Origin: Octopus sinensis
Lineage: Eukaryota
Assembly (NCBI RefSeq): GCF_006345805.1
Contig: NC_043016.1
Span: 11,966,001-12,030,000 of the forward strand
Direction: 5' to 3'
DNA length: 64,000 bases
A program made the position numbers and the translations under genes. Within the stretch, counting starts at the first letter, position 1. The number at the start of each line of letters is the position of its first letter. The notes below the pieces were generated by a model, which was not told the origin of the DNA, did no database searches, and was given only the letters and a program-made list of their open reading frames with translations. Shown in pieces: positions 42,871-52,429 of this stretch.

Positions 42871-45800
42871 CTTGAGGAGACTATTAAGTCAAGTACATCA
42901 ACATCAAAAAATCAAACGGAAATTGTAGTTGTGATACCTGTGCCGGTGGCATGTAAAAAGCACCATCTGAACGTGGTCGATGCCAGTGCCGCCTTGACTG
43001 GCTTCCGTGCCAGTGGCACGTAAAAAGCACCAACCAATCGTAGCTGTTGCCAGCCTCCCCTGACATCTGTGCCAGTGGCACGTAAAAAGCACCCACTACA
43101 CTCACGGAGTGGTTGGCGCTAGTAAGGGCATCCAGCTGTAGAAACACTGCCAGATCAGACTGGAGCCTGGTGCAGCCTCCTGGCTTCTCAGACCCTGGTT
43201 GAACCATCCAACCCATGCTAGCAAGGAAAATGGATGTTAAACAATGATGATGATGATGATAATATATATATATATATATAATATATATATATAATATAGT
43301 CAGCAGTGGGGGCGGGTGTGCTGAAAGTGTAACTGCTAGAGTAAGAATAGCTTGGGCAAAGTTCAGAGAGCTCTTACCTCTGCTGGTGACAAAAGGCCTC
43401 TCGCACAGAGTGAAGGCAGACTGTATGATGCGTGTGTACGAACAGCCATGCTACATGGCAGTGAAACATGGGCCGTGACTGCTGAGGATATGCGTAAGCT
43501 CGCTAGAAATGAAGCCAGTATGCTCCGATGGATGTGTAATGCCGGTACTCACACTCGGCAGAGTGTAAGTACCTTGAGAGAAAAGCTGGACCTAAGAAGC
43601 ATCAGTTGTGGTGTGCAAGAGAGACGTTTGCGCTGGTATGGTCATGTGGCGAGAATGGATGAAGATAGTTGTGTGAAAAGTGCCACACCCTAGCGGTTGA
43701 GGGAACCTGTGGAAGAGGCAGACCCAGGAAAACCTGGGACGAGGTGGTGAAGCACGACCTTCGAACTTTAGGTCTCACTGAGGAAATGACTAGAGACCGA
43801 GACCTCTGGAAGTGTGCTGTGCGCGAGAAGACCTGGCAGGACAAGTGAGTCCACAACCCGTGGCCTTCTACATGGGATGGAGCCAGCCTACGTATGCATA
43901 ACTTCCCTTCTTGGGACACAAAGCTCTACTTGTGAAGACGTGTTGAGGCAAGTGAGGATCAGAATCGAAATCGATCAATGGAAATTGCGGATGTGCTACC
44001 AGTGCCGGTGGCATGTCGAAACTCTGCTTGTGAAGACCCATTGAGGCAAGTGAGGATCAGAATCGAAATCGATCAATGGAAATTGCAGATGTGTTACCAG
44101 TGCCAGTGGCATGTAAGAGAACTTTCCGTTTCGCGACCGTTGCCAGCACCGCCCCGTTTCGTGTCCGTTGCCAGCCTCGCCTGGCCCTCGTGCCGGTGGC
44201 ACATAAAAAGCACCATCCGTTTGTGGCCGTTTGCCAGCTCTGTCTGGCACCAGTGCGGGTGGCACGTAAAAAGCACCCACTACACTCACGGAGTGGTTGG
44301 CGTTAGGAAGGGCATCCAGCCGTAGAAACACTGCCAGATTTGACTGGGCCTGATGAAGCCTTCTGGCTTCACAGACCCCAGTAGAACCGTCCAACCCATG
44401 CTAGCATGGAAAACGGATGCTAAATGATGATGATGATGATATATACAGGAGTGGCTGTGTGGTAAGTAGCTTGCTAACCAACCACATGGTTGTGGGTTCA
44501 GTCCCACTGTGTGGCATCTTGGGCAAGTGTCTTCTACTATAGCCCCGGGCCGACCAATGCCTTGTGAGTGGATTTGGTAGAGAGAAACTGAAAGAAGCCT
44601 GTCATATATATGTATATATATATAAGTGTGTGTGTATATGTTTGTGTGTCTGTGTTTGTCCCCCTAGCATTGCTTGACAACCGATGCTGGTGTGTTTACA
44701 TCCCCGTCACTTAGCGGTTTGGCAAAAGAGACCGATAGAATAAGTACTGGGCTTACAAAGAATAAGTCCCGGGGTCGATTTGCTCGACTAAAGGCGGTGC
44801 TCCAGCATGGCCGCAGTCAAATGACTGAAACAAGTAAAAGAGTATATATATATATATTTAAAGACAACAACAAAGCAGTCTCCAGATTTTTGTTCTGTAC
44901 ATAAACCTATTTGAAATCATACCATTTGAAACAAAAATATAAAGCAAAAACATTAATAAATCGAAACACAGCATTTTAAATATTCATAGGTGCAGGTATG
45001 GCTGTGTGTGGTAAGAAGTTTGCTTGTCAACCATATGATTCTGGGTTCAGTCCCATTTGCCACAAAGTAGAACTGAACCCAGAACCATATGGTTGGGAAG
45101 CAAACTTCTTACCACAAAGTCATGTCTGAACCTATAATATATTATATCTGCTCCTTAATGTATGATTGCCATCGTAGGAAAGAGCAACATTGTTATAGTA
45201 ATTCAACCGTCTTTGTTACTCATTAGTCAGTTTGAATACTAAATCTACGGTATTAGTAAAATATCCTTCACTGTTTTTAAAATAGTAAACACCTGAAAAC
45301 ATATGCTTGCAAATATGTCACCAAAAGTTAACAATTTTCACTAAAAATATTAGTAAAGCTGTGAGTAAAATAATAAAATCTATTAAAAATTACTTCTTCA
45401 TTCAAACACTAAAATGTTGGTAAAGAAAGTAAGAACAAAAAGCAAATTACCGTTTTACTGAAGCTTCAAAGACACCACTATCTCCAGTAACAGACTCATC
45501 ACTGACTGCTGCAGAAACACTGCTTGTATTTACACCAGAAAGATTGTTACAGACACCCGAGCTGGTTTCACTAATAGGGCTTAAAGGTGGGTTAGATGCA
45601 ATGTCTGTATTATCTACATATGCTGATTGTGTGGTTCCTGCCATTACAACAGAAGGGTGCGTAGCTACTTGTTTGCAGATGGTACTTCCTTGTAATGTGT
45701 TGGTTACACAATCTGAGTCCACAGAATGTAGCATGTGTGGAGGGAGTTGATAAGGTGATGCAGTTTGGGTTGTGACACTTGTGTTATTCACCAGCAGCGG

Positions 45801-48800
45801 TAAAAAGTTAGCACTTTCATTTAGTTGAACAGTCTTTGTTACTGGGTCAGCTGCTCCTCCCATGGCAAGGGACGAGGTAGCACCGGCCACACGTTTCTGG
45901 CGTTCCACAGCATTCATGTGCTCTTCATAAGAAGGTGGTGGACCAATATCGTAGGGTGAAGTTGGTGGAGATAATGAAGAATATGATGAATGTGGTGACA
46001 AAGATGAAGGTTCACTCCCAACAATGGCAGTCTGATTTCCACCGGTTCCAACTTTCCGTGATGGGAATGGATGAGAAGAAGAAGAGCATGCCCCATAGTT
46101 AACCCCACTTGCAACTGGTTGGGAGGATAAGGTTGTGTCAGAGTTGGAAGCCCCTCCAATAGCTGCAGTAGCTATATTTAGATCTTTATCTAGAAGACCA
46201 GGTGAAATACTGTGACCTCTCAATCTTTGACCAACACAGCGATGAAGATCCTGCAAACTTTCATTGCTCAGTTGAGGTTGAATATAAATGTCTGTCATAC
46301 TGGTTGATGCTAAAGATCCATGACTACTGGCAGATAGAGACCCTAAGGAACCAAGTGAACCCAAACTTGAGCCAGATGAGATTGACAGCTGACTTGTTGA
46401 AGTGCTGTAAAAGACAAAAAAAGAAAGAAAGTTTTCTTTAATGAATATTCTTCATGAATGCTTGGAAACAAATGAATTTCACAATTCTATAATTATATAC
46501 TTCTAAATTGAAATATTGAATGCTTATATAAATGCAGAGTCACTCTGGTTAAAATACTTAACTGAAGACATAATATTATAACTTCAAAATTATTTCTAAA
46601 GATAACAAATTACTTTCAAATTAAAAAACATTAAAGTTATGTTACAAATGATTTATTTTCAGCTATCCTTTAGCAAAGAAAGATTTTAAAAAAGCATCAT
46701 CTAACTTCCATACATTGAGGGAACCTTCCAATTCTTAAAAAGACAAAACAATTCTATTTTACTAAGGACAAAACTTGTTTAAAAAAACAAAACCAAATCT
46801 AAAGAATAATCAGGTAAAATCCAGAATCTAAAGCTTTGACAATTCAACACAATTTCTTGAAAAAAAAAAAGAATTAACTCTTTAGCAATATTCTGTGCTT
46901 GTCCTATGTAAGATTGATTTCTCTCAGTTCATCTTCAGCTATTCTACACTTTGGTATGCTTCAACCATCCAAATTCTTATTTTCTAGATGACGTCCATCT
47001 TGATGCACCTTTTGGTAACCTGTTCTTGTCAGATGATTCAGCTGCCATCCCATCCTCACAGGATGGCATCTGAACCATCTGAGCTATCAATGCTTTATTC
47101 AAAAGGCCACACTATAGCAACCAATTTTGCAATACAATTCATTATACTTGGTTTGGGCCAGAAGGTGCAGCAGATTTTCGTCAGAAAACCATTGTAGAAA
47201 GCATTGATCATAGTTTTGTCTCCTTTTATCACACACCACTGTTCTGAGCCATACATTAGAACAGATTTGACATTGGTGTTACAAAAGATCATAAGACTAT
47301 GTTGCCTAAACTTCTAGGTCAACAGAAATCTTGCAAAACTCTACGAGCTTTGGTTGAGCCTTGCTCAGATATTCTCTTTTGCTCCACTGACTCTGCTGCT
47401 AAGGTTTCTTAGGCATGTAAAGTCCTCTGTATAGCCCAGTGGATAACTGTTAGCAAGTAAATGATAGAAGAAATGAAGAAGAGAAGTGATGTGAGGAACA
47501 AAGGAGTTCAAGAGATAAGTGTGAGAGAGCCAGATGCAAACAGAGAGAAAGCTAAAAGTGGAGAAAGGTTGGTTCTTTTCACTCATCATAGCATTTGAAC
47601 TTATTGAACTCTCTCACGAAGGTGATACAAATACCATGTAAATTGTTTTTTTAATAAAATGCACACATTTTAGGTGCAGGAGTGGCTGTGTGGTAAGTAG
47701 CTTGCTAACCAACCACATGGTTCCAGGTTCAGTCCCACTGCGTGGCATCTTGGGCAAGTGTCTTCTGCTATAGCCCCGGGCTGACCAATGCCTTGTGAGT
47801 GGATTTGGTAGACGGAAACTGAAAGAAGCCTGTCGTATATATGTATATATATATAAGTGTGTGTGTGTGTATATGTTTGTGTGTCTGTGTTTGTCCCCCT
47901 AGCATTGCTTGACAGATGCTGGTGTGTTTACGTCCCCGTCACTTAGCGGTTCGGCAAAAGAGACCGATAGAATAAGTACTGGGCTTACAAAGAATAAGTC
48001 CCGGGGTCGATTTGCTCGACTAAAGGCGGTGCTCCAGCATGGCCGCAGTCAAATGACTGAAACAAGTAAATGAGTAAAAGAGAATATGAAAACTGATTAA
48101 TACAAAACCAATCTATGCTACACTTGTAAAAGACAAATGAAGACTGTAGGAATGTTTAACTAACCTTTTCAGTTGTGACTCTAAAACAGTCATAAATTTT
48201 GAGGTATTCCGCAACTGTTGGATAATCTTTGCTTTCTGATCTTCAAGCTTCAATCTAAAAGATATATTAATTAAATACATTTATTAAATCAAAACAAAAC
48301 TGATTGGAAAATGTTCAAGTTGTTTTAACTGTAGCTTTAAAGTAGCTGTTAAAATTGCAAGTTGTTCTAGTTACAGAATTGATTTTAAAAACCAATAAAG
48401 AAAAATGTAAATATTTCTATCAGATAAATTTTAAATTTGCTTTGGTGTAAGAAAAGTTTATCTAAGAAATCTGCAATTTGTTCAAACAAATACCAAACTG
48501 AGAAAAGCAATTTTATTTAAAGTATTTACATATATATTTGTGCTTAAGTTTTAGCCTTCTTATTGCACGAAGGAGATTGTGCCTATATCAGGGTGTCATT
48601 TTAAGTCGGTTTTTTCCATGCTAGCATGGCTTGAATGAATGGCACTAATTTACAGCCAGGTGCCCTTACCTGTTTTTTCAAGTAAGGGAACTTTTATTGC
48701 ACTTGTCTTTGAAAGCAGTGAGCAAACAGACAATTAGTTGACACATAATAATCTGATAATATGACATAATCACCTAACAACACAAAAATCACTTGACAAA

Positions 48801-51800
48801 CCAATGAAAGGAAACTTTGTGTGGTTGATTAACACATTAGAAATAACAGTCAAATTTTCTTTCTTTGAACTGTATTTCATAAAAGGAAGACACAGTATGT
48901 CAGAAAAAAAATAAACGAAAAAGCAAGACAACATAGTCATAGCTAGAATTCCTTTAATCACAGGCCTGTCTGGTCAGAGTTGACTGGGGTTAAATAACAA
49001 CAGTTATTTGACAAGACAATCTCTTAATGAACTGTTGTTTAGATCCTTTACGTAGTCACTTGAATAGGCAGAAATCATTTACTGGTAATCTGTCAATTAT
49101 GACAATGAGTATATCAGTTGATCTGATCAATAGAACAGCCTGCTCATGAAATTAAAAGGAAAGGTGGCTGAGCACTCCACAGACAAGCATACCTTTAATG
49201 CAGTTCTCAGGGAGATTCAGCATCAGGCAAAGTGTAACAAGACTGGCCCTTTAAAATACAGGTACACCTTATTTTTGTCAGCTGAGTGGACTGGATCAAT
49301 GTGAAATAAAGTGTCTTGCTCAAGGAAATGACAAACTGCTGGGGATCCAACTCATGACCTTATGATTGGGAGATGAATACCCTAATCACCATCTCATGTG
49401 CCTTCACTTATAGGTAGAAATAACAGCCAAATCACTATTACATTATAACCTACCCATTTCAAAAGAAAAAAACAAAAACAAAACATAGCCTGAACTTGGT
49501 CATGTGTTGAACAATGCCCTTAACCATGGGCCTGCTTTACTAGAGCTGACCTGGAACTAATCAACCACAACAACAACAACTTAATCTTCTGTATTGACTA
49601 ATGATTGACAAAACCCAATTACCTGTCACTGATCGATTTATCAGAACTTCCAACTGCAAGACAAATATCTCTTTCCAATTGTGTAATTCTTGATTTGATT
49701 GATGTTAATTCGTGTTCACTACGCCCTTTGTCATCTATACTCTTTAACTCTCGAAGTAGTTGCTCTTTTTCTTTTAATAGCAATAACCTGAAGTGAGAAA
49801 AGAATTTATGATTTAAAATAAGTGTTTCATGTTATCAAAACTGAATCAAAATTAATTTCAGTCCATTGTGTATAAATGTAGAATGACATCGACAATCGAC
49901 TTAAATTTATTCTCAACTGCAAAAGTACTTGAAGCAGGTTGTTTCATGATAAGCTATCAATTAGTACAGAATTTTACCAATACTGGTAAAATTTCACACC
50001 TTGGGTAACAAGATAAAGTATTTTGAAAGTGCAGGTACGAAAGTAACTTCTTTGATTTTCATGCAATTAATTCAAATGATTAATACTTTCTCACTAACAT
50101 TTCTTTTCATATTCTTGCAGAAAAAAATACTGATTTATTTTTACACTTGAAAGCAACATTCCTGCTAAGCTTCATGGGTACAAGGCTATGCAGTCACTAT
50201 ATTGGGGTCAACCATTTTAATTTACATATGCGTGCATGATAAGTTGCATTAGAATTTAAATGTTGCACATCACCTTTGAATTTAAAAATGTTCTTGCTCA
50301 AAATTTCAAAAATTTTCATTCAGTGATTTGTAAAAATTGAAGGAAATGTGGATTTAAACTCCCAACTCTAATGATCCTTTTGGAGGCTATAACAGAACCA
50401 AACTGTGGGATTTCTTCCTAGTAACCACTAAATAATTTATTGCAAACAAATTCTAACCTAAAACCTCATGGCCCTATGGTTAGATCAAAACAAACCTGTA
50501 GTATGTTATAAAAGGGCTCTAAGTTAACCCGTTAGCATTTAAACCAGCCTCTCACACACACCTTACAATGTCATTTTAAAAATAAATAATCGTATCATCA
50601 AAATCTCAAAGCTATGAGATAATGCATGATTGATTCAAAGCAAGGTGAATATATAAGCATTATATTTGACAGAATGATCTGAGTGCTAAATGGTTAAACA
50701 TATTTATGTATTTTATCATATTTTTCATTTTTATGATTTTTATCTGCATATTTAAAGGAACAATATATATATAACCTAGCATAGGGTAGGGTGGACATAG
50801 TCAAAATTAATACAAGGGTTCTCTTATTTATTACTTTATCTAAAACTTTGATATTTATTTGTCACTCAACTTTAGGAAACGTTAACCCACAAAGATGACA
50901 GCTTAGACATGATAAATTAATGATAAATTTCCTTCACAGATCTAGATTTCATTTCAAACCAAATATAAAGCTTAAATTCTCAACATTATATAAGTTCACT
51001 GATACAGTGTTATCCAAGATGGACAAGTTAAAAATTCTGTCCTGACACATAACTTAAACCTTTTTCCAACCAGCCACTAACCATTCTCCCTCTCATCATT
51101 GTTTTAAGGTCCACTTTCCCATGTGTGCATGGGTCGAGTGGAATTTGTTAAAGCGGATTTGTTTTTCTCTCTTTAAGTTGCATGATGGTGACATTTGTTT
51201 ACAACTATCATCACTTGAAGTCAAGACAAGGAGGGGAGAGTAACAAACACACACACACACAATGTGTTTCTTTCAGTTTTTGCCTCCTAAATCCACTTAC
51301 AAGGCTTTGGACATATTGTGGCCTTAGTAGAAGGCACTTGCCCAAGGTGCCATGCAGTGGGACTGAACCTGGAACCATGTGGTGGGAAAGCAAACTTCCT
51401 AACCACACAGCCATGCCTGCATCTATAACAAACAACAAACAAAAAAAGACCAAACAAAATAAAAAAAAAGAAAAGGAAAACCAAATCAAACAAAATTATT
51501 ATGATGTTTGAAATGCATATTCCATAAAGAAAACAAACAGCAGATAATAAGGAATTAGTATGATTCACACGAAAATTATTGTAAATGTATTATTACCTAT
51601 CTTTATCAGATTCCTTTTGTCCAGGCACCAGCTGAGACTGAGCTTTTACTAATTGCATCTTTAAATTGGAAAAATTCTTCTTTAATTCATCAAACTGAAG
51701 TTGTATCTGAGTTTGCTCTGCAAGTTTGTTGTCTGTTGACAAACCGAGCTGTTTTTGTAGTTTTTTTTTTTCCGCAGCAGAAGAAGATAAAAGAAAAAGA

Positions 51801-51963
51801 AATTCGTGAAAGAATAAATCTTTGCAAAGAGAAAGAAAGTCTGTATGCATGAGTATGTTTGAAGGGAGAAAGAGCGAGAGAGGAGAAATAGAGTAAAAAG
51901 GGAAATACAGATAGGAGGGAGAAAGTCAAAGAAAAAGATTAAGGTGTATATATATATACATAT

Positions 51964-52014
<51 letters not shown>

Positions 52015-52429
52015 TATACACACACAGAAAAAGAGAGAGTTAGGTATATTAATGGAATGGTTATAACTGTAAAGCACCTAACTTACAATTTTAACAGATG
52101 TGTAAGTTTTAAATGAACTTTTTTATTCCTGCAAAACAATCGGTTATAAAAAGTCATAGCTATGTGGCAAGTGTAACAAAAAAAAAAAAAAAAAAAGTTA
52201 CCTCAAACAAACTTTCTAGAATTGAAAATTTTTTCCATAGAATTTTAACAAAAAAAAAAATAAAAAAAAAACACAACAAAAGCAAATTAGTCAGAATACG
52301 TACTTCCCAACTTATATCTGTCTGAGATGCAGTACTGGCTTTCTCTTGAGGTATAGAAAGTGTTGATAAATCTGGAGAAGACCCATTATTCCGACTGAGT
52401 GTTAAATCATCTTTCAACCTGGCAAGTGA
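13069..52429 (-). CDS. kibra: KIBRA/WWC-family protein (Hippo pathway scaffold); 5'-incomplete spliced CDS, 18 exons, 1016 aa in window
   Basis: Exons with GT-AG borders and matching phases: 52304-52429, 51597-51748, 49623-49787, 48165-48254, 45451-46404, 36091-36150, 34537-34623, 34090-34273, 32265-32417, 30583-30692, 30084-30169, 28470-28567, 25769-25978, 23533-23628, 22802-22964, 20393-20466, 15405-15526, 13069-13189. Total 3051 nt, in frame. KIBRA-type motifs: SQTDIS, SAAVSDESVxGDSGVFEAS, a C2 domain ending RWYNVLS, EESSDESTIISSQTSTLTRNQ, IRRSQTFSP, LNRSDSDSS, RTSVDLELDL, FREKMVFFT and C-terminal EEV. Confidence 0.95.
14437..14746 (+). mobile_element. 5'-truncated RTE-LINE 3' tail
   Basis: Near-identical to the 3'UTR of the LINE at 43298-44440. 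Confidence 0.85.
15405..15526 (-). CDS. kibra: KIBRA penultimate exon (AHKSEND...RAEQIMKKVTRDVEKIQ...AFR)
   Basis: ttgtag acceptor, GTGAAG donor, 122 nt, phase 0-2. Confidence 0.88.
16869..16892 (-). CDS. kibra: Candidate 24-nt alternative microexon (SIVSSGKS)
   Basis: ccttttcatttcag|AGTATAGTTTCGAGTGGAAAGTCT|gtaaga; phase 0-0 inside a phase-0 intron; two TGCATG downstream. Confidence 0.55.
20393..20466 (-). CDS. kibra: KIBRA exon (ANELPSWLTDDENFQRLLSEADKL)
   Basis: ctttcag acceptor, GTACGT donor, 74 nt, phase 1-0; ELP.WL...E.F..LL motif. Confidence 0.9.
22802..22964 (-). CDS. kibra: KIBRA C-terminal coiled-coil exon (RTSVDLELDLQAS...EEAKARG)
   Basis: tttttag acceptor, GTATGT donor, 163 nt, phase 0-1. 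Confidence 0.93.
23219..23436 (+). mobile_element. Mariner-type internally deleted element
   Basis: TA-flanked TIRs TGAGGGGGTGCTGAAAATTTCTTG / CAAGAAATTTTCAGCACTGCCTTG; internal remnant KCANLRGEYVE* resembles a mariner transposase C-terminus. Confidence 0.75.
23533..23628 (-). CDS. kibra: KIBRA aPKC/PKMzeta-binding exon (LNRSDSDSSMPLYKRGPFQRNSTVRQSLRWKR)
   Basis: ctacag acceptor, GTGAGT donor, 96 nt, phase 0-0; LNRSDSDSS and PF.RNS motifs. Confidence 0.93.
25769..25978 (-). CDS. kibra: KIBRA exon (DPSIGW...EKGTNTD...IRRSQTFSP...YVCK)
   Basis: AAG acceptor (position less certain), GTAAGT donor, 210 nt, phase 0-0. Confidence 0.88.
26522..26750. mobile_element. piggyBac-like MITE (TTAA-flanked)
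   Basis: TTAA-CCCTTTAG ... CTAAAGGG-TTAA termini; related copies near 19449, 26270, 37840, 39666, 50523 and 61000. Confidence 0.8.
27652..27830. repeat. 42-bp minisatellite, about 4 copies, in a nested TE insertion
   Basis: Unit CCTGA(C/T)..AGGCAAAGTGGCTGAGTTCCTCTCGAG..; period 42 (27668 to 27710). Confidence 0.85.
28470..28567 (-). CDS. kibra: KIBRA acidic exon (PEAMHSHEDDVHEEEDDKDTDSVDLVDSTKEQ)
   Basis: tttttaag acceptor, weak CAG/GTTATT donor, 98 nt, phase 1-0; Glu/Asp-rich segment after C2, as in KIBRA. Confidence 0.78.
29537..29760 (+). mobile_element. RTE-LINE 3' tail copy
   Basis: Matches the LINE 3'UTR; (GAT)n end. Confidence 0.85.
30084..30169 (-). CDS. kibra: KIBRA exon (NVVTFGKEESSDESTIISSQTSTLTRNQ)
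   Basis: cctag acceptor, GTAAAT donor, 86 nt, phase 2-1; motif recalled from invertebrate Kibra. Confidence 0.9.
30583..30692 (-). CDS. kibra: KIBRA linker exon (NAVKDRIGRMSVQLSSDMRKNFPCDEHSVSENTKEG)
   Basis: atttag acceptor, GTGAGT donor, 110 nt, phase 0-2; needed to join the phases of its neighbours. Confidence 0.78.
30806..31035 (-). mobile_element. RTE-LINE 3' tail copy (reverse)
   Basis: Reverse complement of the LINE 3'UTR. Confidence 0.8.
32265..32417 (-). CDS. kibra: KIBRA C2 domain end exon (GCAHISLADF...RWYNVLSFKFM...)
   Basis: ttccag acceptor, GTAAGT donor, 153 nt, phase 0-0. Confidence 0.92.
33540..33886 (-). mobile_element. RTE-LINE 3' tail copy (reverse)
   Basis: (CAT)n followed by the reverse complement of the LINE 3'UTR. 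Confidence 0.85.
34090..34273 (-). CDS. kibra: KIBRA C2 domain exon (GIKIALLPF...TLQVNVWS...ECL)
   Basis: ttgcag acceptor, GTAAGT donor, 184 nt, phase 2-0. Confidence 0.92.
34537..34623 (-). CDS. kibra: KIBRA C2 domain exon (YDTFDGNLHVEVDQARNLGALPLPEKTK)
   Basis: tctctag acceptor, GTATGT donor, 87 nt, phase 2-2; C2-type ARNL motif. Confidence 0.9.
35738..35842. repeat. (GA)/(GATA) microsatellite
   Basis: Read directly from the sequence. Confidence 0.95.
36091..36150 (-). CDS. kibra: KIBRA exon, start of C2 domain (TGYLDEVLQMESAQIQITLK)
   Basis: ttcacag acceptor, GTAAGT donor, 60 nt, phase 2-2. Confidence 0.88.
36387..36853 (+). mobile_element. RTE-LINE 3' end copy beginning at the ORF2 stop
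   Basis: GGACAAGTGA stop context and 3'UTR as at 43839-44440. Confidence 0.85.
39116..39338 (-). mobile_element. Meta-type SINE, near-intact
   Basis: Reverse complement of the family at 1273-1492; CpGs retained. Confidence 0.8.
39666..39893. mobile_element. piggyBac-like MITE
   Basis: TTAACCCTTTAG...CTAAAGGGTTAA. Confidence 0.8.
40820..40923 (-). pseudogene. Duplicated fragment of kibra exon 49623-49787 (3' part, donor and intron start)
   Basis: Aligns by eye to 49583-49675, including ACCCAATTACCTGTC and TTCCAACTGCAAGA.AAATATCTCTTTC. Confidence 0.85.
42575..42782. mobile_element. hAT-like MITE right part (related copy at about 61247-61483)
   Basis: Ends GGTTGGGAATCACTG; shares GATTTTGTTGTT.AAATTTAT and GGGTCCATA with the 61247 copy. 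Confidence 0.55.
42868..43260 (+). mobile_element. RTE-LINE 3' tail copy
   Basis: Matches the LINE 3'UTR; (GAT)n end. Confidence 0.85.
43298..44440 (+). mobile_element. 5'-truncated RTE-clade LINE: ORF2 C-terminus (frameshifted) plus 3'UTR and (GAT)n tail
   Basis: Translates to ARVRIAWAKFRELLPLL / RLYDACVRTAMLHGSETW / RRLRWYGHVARM / GRGRPRKTW, typical of the RTE post-RT region; stop near 43848. Confidence 0.92.
44447..44843 (+). mobile_element. tRNA-derived SINE, full length
   Basis: A-box TGGCTGTGTGG, B-box GGTTCAGTCC, CORE-like CTTGGGCAAGTG; near-identical to 47673-48070. Confidence 0.85.
45451..46404 (-). CDS. kibra: KIBRA large Ser/Pro-rich exon (SSGSSLGSL, PPPSY, SDESVTGDSGVFEAS)
   Basis: 954-nt open frame (track ORF 45447..46364), ttttacag acceptor, GTAATT donor, phase 2-2. 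Confidence 0.95.
46960..47360 (-). mobile_element. Degenerate RTE-like LINE fragment
   Basis: IFCNTNVKSVLMYGSEQW motif. Confidence 0.7.
47673..48070 (+). mobile_element. tRNA-derived SINE, full length, young
   Basis: Pol III boxes, internal (TA/TG)n, CpG-rich tail ending GAAACAAGTAAA. Confidence 0.85.
48165..48254 (-). CDS. kibra: KIBRA coiled-coil exon LKLEDQKAKIIQQL...LESQLK
   Basis: tcttttag acceptor, GTTAGT donor, 90 nt, phase 2-2. Confidence 0.9.
49623..49787 (-). CDS. kibra: KIBRA coiled-coil exon LLLLKEKEQLLRELKSI...SISDR
   Basis: tttctcacttcag acceptor, GTAATT donor, 165 nt, phase 2-2; EKEQLLRE motif. Confidence 0.92.
51597..51748 (-). CDS. kibra: KIBRA coiled-coil exon LGLSTDNKLAEQ...PGQKESDKDR
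   Basis: CAG acceptor, GTAAT donor, 152 nt, phase 0-2; resembles KIBRA LAE...PG..DSERDR. Confidence 0.88.
52304..52429 (-). CDS. kibra: KIBRA exon (first in window): SLARLKDDLTLSRNNGSSPDLSTLSIPQEKASTASQTDISWE
   Basis: tttttag acceptor, GTACGT donor, 126 nt, phase 0-0; resembles KIBRA SLAxLKD...SQTDIS. Confidence 0.9.

Noticed and set aside
47673-47745. tRNA gene
   Set aside because: The tRNA-like head continues into a SINE body and recurs many times; no convincing cloverleaf
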